Made by a program: the position numbers and the translations under genes. A stretch of 63,403 nucleotides of DNA from a virus. Taxonomy: Duplodnaviria; Caudoviricetes. Of this stretch, positions 10,490 to 18,755 are shown piece after piece; positions within the stretch are counted from its first letter, which is position 1; every line of letters begins with the position of its first letter. The notes under the pieces are model-generated. The model saw only the letters and a list, made by a program, of their open reading frames with translations, did no database searches and had not been told where the DNA came from. The stretch covers positions 1-63,403 of IMG/VR virus record IMGVR_UViG_3300026512_000012. The stretch is one strand, 5' to 3'.

Positions 10490-10537
10490 GTGAGAGTTTA
10501 CATTTGTGATAATATGTACTAGTGAGAGTTTACATTT
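10490..10537 (+). repeat. two exact 16-bp direct repeats GTGAGAGTTTACATTT (operator/iteron-like)
   Basis: Copies at 10490-10505 and 10522-10537 (32-bp period), each preceded by ATATGTA; palindrome CCTAAATTTAGG at 10453-10464. Confidence 0.85.
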
Positions 10538-10575
10538 ATTATATTTTTCAGTAACCACATAAAAAAGGATAACAA

Positions 10576-11118
10576 ATGGTGGATACAACGCAATATACGG
10601 CAATCAAACAGAAGAGTACTTTAAAAATTGTTAAAAACAAATTTGGCGATACTATAAAAGATTCAACTGTAAAAACAATTGTATATAAAAAAAGATTAGT
10701 AAAAACAGGAGGCATGCGTAGAGTATGGATAGGAAAACTAAATACAGCTTTAGAACAAGTTATAAATTCTAATATAGATTTTAAAATTATATCTTATATA
10801 TTAGGGCATCAAAGTACTAAAAGCTTTATTAAAAATCAATACAGTAAAGCTATAGGTATTAATGAATTAGCAAATATGTTTAATGTATCCCGTGTAAAAA
10901 TTAGTAGTTTAGTTAGAAAACTTATAGAAATAGATATTATAAAGAAACATAAGCGTATTCTATATTTAAATCCATATTTAATTTTACCTTATGGTAATAG
11001 TACAGATGACAATTTTATATTACAATTAATGTGGTCACATAATTATGAAAAAACAGAGGATGAATTAAAAGAAGAATATAAAACTCTTCTAACTATTGAT
11101 AGAAAAATAGAAATTTAA
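10576..11118 (+). CDS. winged-HTH DNA-binding protein, RepL-like
   Basis: INELANMFNVSRVKISSLVRKLIEIDII followed by LYLNPY (YxxNP wing motif). Confidence 0.7.
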   Translation: MVDTTQYTAIKQKSTLKIVKNKFGDTIKDSTVKTIVYKKRLVKTGGMRRVWIGKLNTALEQVINSNIDFKIISYILGHQSTKSFIKNQYSKAIGINELANMFNVSRVKISSLVRKLIEIDIIKKHKRILYLNPYLILPYGNSTDDNFILQLMWSHNYEKTEDELKEEYKTLLTIDRKIEI

Positions 11119-11140
11119 AGCTTTATTGAAAGGAATATAA

Positions 11141-12553
11141 GTGACACAAAAAGAATTAAATAAAGAAATTATTATAGAAACCATAAAAATGAATGGTTTC
11201 AGTATAGGTAAAATCATAAAAGGTAAAGGATTAGAAATACTGTTACCTAGTTTAAAAGTATTTATTCCTTTAAGTAACTATGATTGTTCCAAACAATCTC
11301 AAATACAATTAGCAAAAGATCTGATCAAACTCGAAGGAAAAGAGTTGATTGGAGAATTTGATGATTTTGATGGTTTAACTTTTTCGAGAGGAAATCATGA
11401 TGATAATCTTTATTATGGGGATTATTCACAAATACATGGAGAAAATTACGATACTCTTGATATAGACGACTGTGAATATTTCAATGGGAGATTAGACTAT
11501 GTAAACAATAATCGTCTAACTGATTTTTGGCAATTTAATGAATTAAATGAAGATGGTTGGTTTGATGAAATTGATCCAAAAGATGGATATACAATCTTCC
11601 ATAGAAAAGGAAAAGATTTCTACATATCTCCTTCTTTAGAAGAAGAAAATATAGAAATTGCTTTTTGGGATGGAACTCTTAAAGAGTATAACGAGGAAAG
11701 AAAATACCAAGAATATGAGAATTGCTGGAATACAGAAGTATTTATAGCTATGACTTGCACAAGAAACAGTGAGATTGAAACAAAACTTTTTAATATTCTT
11801 TTAGATAAAAAAGAAAATTTAGAAAAAGAATGTTATATCTATAATGAACTAGAACTTGGTAATCCTGTTGAGGAGTGTTTCGATTATAATGATAAAGTAT
11901 TCGATACTTTTTTTCTTAATATTATTTTTGAAAAAGATATGTGGGAAGCAAAAAATTATATCCTCGAAAATCTTGATTGGAATAAAAATATAAAAGAAGC
12001 TTGTCAAGATATTAATTCTAAATTACTTCAAGAATTTGTAACTTTTAATATTGATGGAACTATGATTATTAAAAGTTATCAAAATGAAAGTATTATAAAA
12101 CTTACAAGATTAAAAAATCTAAAAAGATTACAAAATCGTTTTGGTTATAAACTTGTTTGGAGTGTAGTTAATCTTAGTGCTATTGGAGCTTATAAAACTT
12201 ATGGTTTAGCTATAAAAGTTGGCCAAGAGGAGTATCACTTTGAGATGAAAGAACTATTTGATGAAGAGATAAGAGTTGTTGATTTTATCAGTAGTATTTT
12301 ATCTTCAATTCAAAGAAGAGTTATAATGCAAAAAGCAAAAGAGAAATTAAAAACAAATGCTAATAAAGTATTTGTTGGATTTGAGGACTCTTTGCAATCA
12401 GGTAATTGTTACTTTGGTACAGAGGATTTTTGCCAAAGACATCAAATTGATACATCAAAAGTTGGTGCTATTAGAGGTGATATTCTATTGGAAATGGAAA
12501 AATCAGCATATACCGAAAGAGCAGTTATTCAAGCAATTATGGCACATATATAA
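11141..12553 (+). CDS. acidic hypothetical protein with C-terminal SxxSGNCxxGTxxF motif
   Basis: 470-aa ORF, GTG start after AAGGA. Confidence 0.8.
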   Translation: MTQKELNKEIIIETIKMNGFSIGKIIKGKGLEILLPSLKVFIPLSNYDCSKQSQIQLAKDLIKLEGKELIGEFDDFDGLTFSRGNHDDNLYYGDYSQIHGENYDTLDIDDCEYFNGRLDYVNNNRLTDFWQFNELNEDGWFDEIDPKDGYTIFHRKGKDFYISPSLEEENIEIAFWDGTLKEYNEERKYQEYENCWNTEVFIAMTCTRNSEIETKLFNILLDKKENLEKECYIYNELELGNPVEECFDYNDKVFDTFFLNIIFEKDMWEAKNYILENLDWNKNIKEACQDINSKLLQEFVTFNIDGTMIIKSYQNESIIKLTRLKNLKRLQNRFGYKLVWSVVNLSAIGAYKTYGLAIKVGQEEYHFEMKELFDEEIRVVDFISSILSSIQRRVIMQKAKEKLKTNANKVFVGFEDSLQSGNCYFGTEDFCQRHQIDTSKVGAIRGDILLEMEKSAYTERAVIQAIMAHI

Positions 12554-12576
12554 GAAATTCAATATAAAGGAAGATA

Positions 12577-14757
12577 GTGGCTCTTAATAAAAAGCAACAA
12601 CAAGTTTATAACCGAATAGCAACAGGTAAACATAAAACATTGTTAGTGGGTGAAGCAGGTTGTGTAGATGCTAAAACTGAATATCTTACACCAACTGGTT
12701 GGAAGTATATATCTGATTTTACACCAAATGATAAGATAGCTACAATAACTAAAGATAAAGAATTATTATGGGAACAACCTTTAGATTACATAAGCATACC
12801 AGGCAAACATAAAGCCTATTTAATAGCAGACAGTACAAAGCGTTCTAAAATTAATATGGTATTAACACCAAATCATCGTATGCCTTATGTATCTAAAGAA
12901 AATAGTAATGAATGGAATACAGATACTGTAGCTAATGTAATTGGTAGTTTAACCAATAAAAGAGTACTTATTGGTTTAAAAACTGTAACAACATCTATAG
13001 CTCTATCTGATTGTCAATTACAACTACTGTTAGCAATACAAGCTGATGCAAGTATAATTAAAAGAAAACATCATTTTTATGTAAGATTTAAATTAAAAAA
13101 AGAACGAAAAATACAACGATTACATAAATTATTAAAACTTAACAATATAAAATACACAGAAACATATACAGCTCATAATTATACGAATATTAGCTTTGTT
13201 TCGACGAATACTGATATTGTTTCTAAAGATTTAACAATTTTGTATAATGCTTCAGTACAACAAGCAAAATTAATAGCTGAAGAAGTAACATACTGGGATG
13301 GTTCAAAATACAATAGAACTAATAATCCAATATTTTATAGTGGTAATAAAACTAATATTGATGTTATTCAATATTGTTTTATGTTAGCTAGTAATACTAT
13401 GGCTTCTATAAAAACAAGAGATAGAATAGGTACAACAATTCTTAAAGGATCTGATTATAAAGTAAAAAATATACATTATGAAGTTGGAATGACACTTACA
13501 GAATCAGTATATATGCATAAAAAATATGTAACTGAAATTACTATAAATCATCAATATTGTTTTACAACTTCTACATCTTTTTGGTTAGCTAGGCGTAATG
13601 GATTTATATTTATAACAGGTAATAGTGGTAAATCATATACAGTTTCAGAAATTGTTAAAATATTTAATCCAGAGAATATAGCATTAACAGCTACAACTCA
13701 TAAAGCTAAAGCTGTTATTTCACAAATGACAGGTGTACAAGCAAATACTGTTCATTCATATTTTGGATTTAGAATAATTCAAGACAATTATAAACAAACA
13801 TTAGTATTTACAGGTAAACAAATTCAACCTAAAAAACTTGTTATTGTTGATGAAGTTAGTTTATTACCTCAACAAATACTAGATCATTTATTACATCTTA
13901 ATAAAAAACGTATTATCAAGCAACTTCTACTTATAGGAGATCCTGTACAATTAAAAGCTGTTTCTAACCCACCAGACTTATCACCCTTTTCTAAGCACAC
14001 TATTGAGCTCACAGAGCAAATGAGACAACAACCTGAAGTTTCACTTACTGAATACTTTACACGCCTTAGAACGGCTATAGAGACTACTAAAATGCCAGAT
14101 TTAAAAACTGTTGTTCCTAACATTACTTTTATAGCCTCACATAAAGAATTTTGTTATACTTACAATGATTGTAACACCAATAAAAAAATCTTAGCTTATC
14201 GTAATATAGTTGTTGATAAATATAACAATTATATACACGGTGCTAATATATTTAGAGAAGGTGATGATGTAATTATTGATAAACCTTTGGGTACAGCTCG
14301 TAATGGTGATGAAGTAAAAGTGCGTAAAGCAACTGAAGATGATGAAAAATTTACTGTTTTTGTACGAACTACAGATGGTATAGATTATAAAATTTATCAC
14401 TATAAATCTACTTCTGCTGTTAATAATCAACTTGAAATCTATCGTAAAGCCAATGATAAAGCTTCTTATTGGAAGCTATTTAATAGTAGTTTTAGACTTA
14501 AACATTCATATGCTTGTACAGTACATAAAGCCCAAGGTGAAACTTATGATACAGTTTTTGTAGATGTAGCAGATATTCTAACAGCTTATCAAGCTAAAAA
14601 ATCTCGTTATAATAATCCAATACCTTTAGACACATTTTTAAGACTTTATTATGTTGCTTTAAGTAGAATGAAATCTCATGCTTATGTATATACAGGTGCT
14701 GATAATAAAGGTCGTGATTATAAACAATTAAAATCAAAAGGAAAACAACTTGAGTAA
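12577..14757 (+). CDS. Dda/RecD-like SF1B helicase containing an intein
   Basis: Spliced Walker A GEAG/SGKS; ATTHKA, TVHS, IVDEVS, IGDPVQL, LTEQMRQ, TVHKAQG, YVALSR. Confidence 0.92.
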   Translation: MALNKKQQQVYNRIATGKHKTLLVGEAGCVDAKTEYLTPTGWKYISDFTPNDKIATITKDKELLWEQPLDYISIPGKHKAYLIADSTKRSKINMVLTPNHRMPYVSKENSNEWNTDTVANVIGSLTNKRVLIGLKTVTTSIALSDCQLQLLLAIQADASIIKRKHHFYVRFKLKKERKIQRLHKLLKLNNIKYTETYTAHNYTNISFVSTNTDIVSKDLTILYNASVQQAKLIAEEVTYWDGSKYNRTNNPIFYSGNKTNIDVIQYCFMLASNTMASIKTRDRIGTTILKGSDYKVKNIHYEVGMTLTESVYMHKKYVTEITINHQYCFTTSTSFWLARRNGFIFITGNSGKSYTVSEIVKIFNPENIALTATTHKAKAVISQMTGVQANTVHSYFGFRIIQDNYKQTLVFTGKQIQPKKLVIVDEVSLLPQQILDHLLHLNKKRIIKQLLLIGDPVQLKAVSNPPDLSPFSKHTIELTEQMRQQPEVSLTEYFTRLRTAIETTKMPDLKTVVPNITFIASHKEFCYTYNDCNTNKKILAYRNIVVDKYNNYIHGANIFREGDDVIIDKPLGTARNGDEVKVRKATEDDEKFTVFVRTTDGIDYKIYHYKSTSAVNNQLEIYRKANDKASYWKLFNSSFRLKHSYACTVHKAQGETYDTVFVDVADILTAYQAKKSRYNNPIPLDTFLRLYYVALSRMKSHAYVYTGADNKGRDYKQLKSKGKQLE
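12661..13623 (+). mobile_element. intein (321 aa) with LAGLIDADG-type endonuclease region, inserted in Walker A
   Basis: Starts CVDAKTEYLTPTGW; block B LTPNHRM; LLLAIQADAS and EEVTYWDGS helices; block F/G YCFTTSTSFWLARRNG..ITGN followed by Ser(+1). Confidence 0.93.
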
Positions 14758-15397
14758 TCTTAAATATTATGATATTTTATATATCGATCCACCATGGCAA
14801 TTTAATAAAAGATCTAATACCTCCACAAAATTTGGTGGAGGAGCTATGGCACACTATTCAACTATGCCGATGTCAGAAATTAAAGCATTAGATTTTTCAT
14901 TACCATTAAAACCTAATGCTTTAGTGTATTGCTGGATAACATTAGCTAAATTACAAGAATGCATTACAGCTATTCAATCTCCAACATTAAAGTTAGTAGC
15001 TACAGGATTTGTATGGATAAAAACTAATCCTAAATTATCAACATCAATAATAACAACTGATAAGCCTCAAATTTATTATCAAAATAAAGGTTATTCAAAA
15101 CCATTTTATGGTGTAGGTAATTATACAGCATCTAATGCTGAAATTTGTTTAATATTTCGTAAAGGTAAAATGCTAAAATATGAAAATAAAGTATCACAAG
15201 TTATTATATCACCACGAGATAAACATAGTAAAAAACCAATAGAAGCTTATGATAAATTAGAAACTATGTATCCTCATAGTAAATTTAGTAAACTAGAATT
15301 ATTTGCAAGAAATACAATGGCATACTTCGATACCATAGGTGATGAATTAAATAATATAAATGTTAAAGATTTTCTAAATAAATATAAGGATAAATAA
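14750..15397 (+). CDS. MT-A70 family N6-adenine methyltransferase
   Basis: YDILYIDPPW, HYSTM, FVWIK, HSKKP, LELFAR; TTG start after AAGGA. Confidence 0.9.
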   Translation: MSNLKYYDILYIDPPWQFNKRSNTSTKFGGGAMAHYSTMPMSEIKALDFSLPLKPNALVYCWITLAKLQECITAIQSPTLKLVATGFVWIKTNPKLSTSIITTDKPQIYYQNKGYSKPFYGVGNYTASNAEICLIFRKGKMLKYENKVSQVIISPRDKHSKKPIEAYDKLETMYPHSKFSKLELFARNTMAYFDTIGDELNNINVKDFLNKYKDK

Positions 15398-15675
15398 TGC
15401 TTAGTACAGAACAGTTATATGGAATATCTAAACAAGTATTAGATGAAAAGATTTATAATGCAATCAAAAAAGTTATGGATCAAAATCTCGTTAAATGCCA
15501 TATAAGAGCCTATCTAATTTCAGATGCAATAGCATCAACTAGAATAGCTATACTCAAACAGAGACGATTTGACCTAGTACAGAAAGGTTTTACAAAGATG
15601 ACTAAACAAGAAAGTTTTCGCATAGATGAAATTACAAGAGCCATATCTTTTTGGCGTAAATTAAATGAATATTAA
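15397..15675 (+). CDS. hypothetical protein
   Basis: TAATG coupling and AAGGA RBS. Confidence 0.7.
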   Translation: MLSTEQLYGISKQVLDEKIYNAIKKVMDQNLVKCHIRAYLISDAIASTRIAILKQRRFDLVQKGFTKMTKQESFRIDEITRAISFWRKLNEY

Positions 15676-15856
15676 GGGATTACAAATGAAAATAATAATG
15701 TTAGATTATTCAGATGGTACAGCTAGTATATTTTCTATACCCAATTATATATTAGAAGTAGAGAATTACTTAATAAAATATTATAATTATAAAGAATCAG
15801 AAATGAATTGGATGCAACTAAATAAATTAGAATTTAATAATCTAGGAGAAATATAA
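15665..15856 (+). CDS. small hypothetical protein (true start probably the ATG at 15686)
   Basis: AAGGG RBS precedes MKIIMLDYSDG. Confidence 0.6.
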   Translation: MNIKGLQMKIIMLDYSDGTASIFSIPNYILEVENYLIKYYNYKESEMNWMQLNKLEFNNLGEI

Positions 15857-16344
15857 TGATAGCAATTGGTTCGTATGACTATGAAGGTTTAATTAAATCT
15901 TATTTAAATCAAGATAGAAAATATGCTAAGACAGCTTCAGGTAGATTATCATATGAGGGTAATATTTTATATTCATATAATACTAGAATAGCTGAAATTT
16001 TGAATAATAATATACTTTTGATGGATAATAATGCTACAAATCATTCTGCAACTACTTCAAAACAAGTAAATAAATTAAAAAGTTTAATTACAAAACATAC
16101 TATTATAAATGTTGTGGATTTAGATACAAAAATTACAATTAATTGGTATCTTATAGATAATCTAATCCAAAAATATAAACGAGCTAGATCACAACATAAA
16201 CTAGATATGTATGCAAATCAAATTAAAGGTTATTATAATCAAATTTTATGGCAATTAAATTACTATGAAATTGATAAGCGTACTAAACAGTATAAATATA
16301 AATATAAAATATATAAACAATTATTTGAATTAAAATTGTTATAG
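15856..16344 (+). CDS. conserved-looking hypothetical phage protein
   Basis: LYSYNTRIA...HSATTSKQ motif; TAATG coupling. Confidence 0.75.
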   Translation: MIAIGSYDYEGLIKSYLNQDRKYAKTASGRLSYEGNILYSYNTRIAEILNNNILLMDNNATNHSATTSKQVNKLKSLITKHTIINVVDLDTKITINWYLIDNLIQKYKRARSQHKLDMYANQIKGYYNQILWQLNYYEIDKRTKQYKYKYKIYKQLFELKLL

Positions 16345-16380
16345 TACAAGATTTGTAAAATATAAATTAAAAGGAATTAA

Positions 16381-17295
16381 ATGAGTAAACTTAAATTACT
16401 AACAGCTCTTGATTACAATAATGGTGAAAATGTAATTAAACCCAATCAATTTAGAATATCCGCATCGGGTATATCTAGATTTTTCACTAATACTAATCAA
16501 TGGTGGAGAGAAAATTTCTTAAATGAATCAGGATTTATATCCTCAACAGCATCAGTCTTGGGTACTTGTGTACATTACTGTGCTGAATGTTATGCTAAAA
16601 ATAAGACTATTTCTAAAGAAAATCAATTAGAAATTAATAACTATATTCTTAAACATACAGAGCCTGCTTATGAAGATTACAATGAGGAAATTTCTTTAGA
16701 AGTAATTGAATCACAGTATAAAGTTATGGCTATGAACCTTATTAATAATGAGCTTCAATCACATATGCCATCATTAGTAGAACCATTTATAGCTCATGAA
16801 GTATTGCCAAATATATTTGTAGGTGGTTCTATAGATGCTCTAGAAGGTGTCATTTTAGATGATAATGGTAATTTCAAACAAATAGGGCCTGCACTTATTA
16901 ATGATTATAAAACTACATCTTTAACACCTGCTAGAATACCTAAAGTATTAAAATATGAATATAAACTCCAATTACTTACATATGCTTGGGTACTTAAACA
17001 AAAAGGCATAACTGTTGATCGTATTAAAAATACATATATTACTCGTCAAGATATAAATAGAATAGGTAAAACAGGTAGGCCTCTTAAAGATTACCCATCA
17101 GAAATTATTACAATTATTGAAAATATAACTGATGAATCTATAGAGTATATAGATGGTATAATTCGTGTTATTGCTTCTAGTGTAGATCACTGGGATAAAT
17201 ATCCAGAGCATAGATACCTACTAGCACAAGATTGGAGATTACATCCAGATTATAAACAACCTACTAAACCAACAAGTGCCGAATTATTCGGTTAA
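16381..17295 (+). CDS. PD-(D/E)XK exonuclease (recombination module)
   Basis: ISASG, LGTCVH, GGSID, DYKT, QLLTY; adjacent to the Sak4-like ATPase and SSB. Confidence 0.82.
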   Translation: MSKLKLLTALDYNNGENVIKPNQFRISASGISRFFTNTNQWWRENFLNESGFISSTASVLGTCVHYCAECYAKNKTISKENQLEINNYILKHTEPAYEDYNEEISLEVIESQYKVMAMNLINNELQSHMPSLVEPFIAHEVLPNIFVGGSIDALEGVILDDNGNFKQIGPALINDYKTTSLTPARIPKVLKYEYKLQLLTYAWVLKQKGITVDRIKNTYITRQDINRIGKTGRPLKDYPSEIITIIENITDESIEYIDGIIRVIASSVDHWDKYPEHRYLLAQDWRLHPDYKQPTKPTSAELFG

Positions 17296-17344
17296 TACAA
17301 CAACCGTAATGTTGTAAAACTAACATATTATAAAAGGATAATAT

Positions 17345-18064
17345 ATGGCAAACAAAAAACCAGGTGTTAAATTACTTTTAACAGGTCTCAGTTCAAGTGG
17401 TAAAACTAATGCTCTTAAAACATTAGACCCTAAGACATCCTTTGTTATATCAATCGATGGTAAGCATTTTCCATTTCCAATACCACACGCTAACTTCTCA
17501 ACATTTCCAGATATTAATGGTCTCATTAATGGTTATGAATCTAATGGTACTCATATTGATGGTATAATTGATAAGATTAATAAATTCAAAGAAGCTACTG
17601 GTAAATTACCAGAAACTATAGCTGTAGATACAGTATCTCGTGTATTTCAAATCATAGCTGATAATTGTAGTCAAACTTATAAAGGATTTACAATTCATTC
17701 TATGATTAGCAAGGAAATTGCTCAATTCAATCAATTTCTTGAAGTTACATTAGTAGGTAATGGTATGAATGTTATATCCACTACTCATGTAACACTTAAT
17801 CCAGATACAGGTACTTATGAGGATGCTTCATCAGGAGCTTATCGTAAATCAGGTGGAGCTATTTCTGTTCATGATCATGTAGCATTTTTTCATATTGTAA
17901 ATAAACAATATCAAGTAACACATAGATCACCAGGATTACCTTGTAGAACATTGTTACCACAAGATAAATTACCAGATACACAATCAGCAAATGATTATTC
18001 ATTGGCAGAACATATTAAATTGTTATCTGAAACAAATGGCGAAATAGAAAAGTTTGTATTTTAA
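17345..18064 (+). CDS. AAA_24/Sak4-like P-loop ATPase (N4 gp44-like)
   Basis: LLLTGLSSSGKT, IAVDT, STTH; lies between the nuclease and SSB. Confidence 0.82.
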   Translation: MANKKPGVKLLLTGLSSSGKTNALKTLDPKTSFVISIDGKHFPFPIPHANFSTFPDINGLINGYESNGTHIDGIIDKINKFKEATGKLPETIAVDTVSRVFQIIADNCSQTYKGFTIHSMISKEIAQFNQFLEVTLVGNGMNVISTTHVTLNPDTGTYEDASSGAYRKSGGAISVHDHVAFFHIVNKQYQVTHRSPGLPCRTLLPQDKLPDTQSANDYSLAEHIKLLSETNGEIEKFVF

Positions 18065-18101
18065 ATACTAAATTAATAAAAAATAATAAAAGGAAATAAA
18101 T

Positions 18102-18755
18102 ATGGCATTTATGACAATTGACAAATCAGCAGCAGGTGTTACTGAAAAAGACGGCAGTAAGTATATTAATACTTCAGGTATATATCCAGTAAAAATTAAT
18201 TTTGCTAGTGTAGTACAAGGAGATAATGGTGCAGTATCTGTAACATTTAATTTTGATTATGAAGGAGGTACATCAACACTTTATGGACTAGGTATTAAAA
18301 ACAATGATGGTTCAGATAACTTTAGAAAACCTATTCTAAATAAATTAGCTATTATAGCAGGACTTGAAGGTTCAATAGCTGATCCAGTAACTGAAACTAG
18401 AACAGTTGGTAAAGATAAAACAGCTAAAGAATTTATGGTTCTCCAAGATTTTACAGGACTTGAGTGTTTAGTTAGAGTTAAACAAACTTATTCACTTTAT
18501 AATGGTAAACTTCAAGATAGAAAGACTATTGAGGGATTTTATAGACTTGATGGTGCAACAGCAGAAGAAATTATCAATAATACTGAAATAGGTGTTAAAC
18601 TTAAGAAAGATAAAGAATATGCTGATGTAGTTATCTATGATAATGGTTTGACTGAAGAGAAAGTTAAAGAACTTAAAAAAGCTTCAGCTAATGGTACTGC
18701 AGCATCTGCTACAGCTAGTACAACTAAAGCACCTACTGCTAATCCATTTGCATAA
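18102..18755 (+). CDS. single-stranded DNA-binding protein (N4 gp45-like)
   Basis: SGIYPVKI N-terminal motif, flexible Ala/Thr tail ending NPFA, synteny. Confidence 0.72.
   Translation: MAFMTIDKSAAGVTEKDGSKYINTSGIYPVKINFASVVQGDNGAVSVTFNFDYEGGTSTLYGLGIKNNDGSDNFRKPILNKLAIIAGLEGSIADPVTETRTVGKDKTAKEFMVLQDFTGLECLVRVKQTYSLYNGKLQDRKTIEGFYRLDGATAEEIINNTEIGVKLKKDKEYADVVIYDNGLTEEKVKELKKASANGTAASATASTTKAPTANPFA

Noticed and set aside
16381-17295. Cas4 / CRISPR-associated locus
   Set aside because: It lacks the C-terminal Cys cluster of Cas4, and no repeat-spacer array was seen anywhere in the window.
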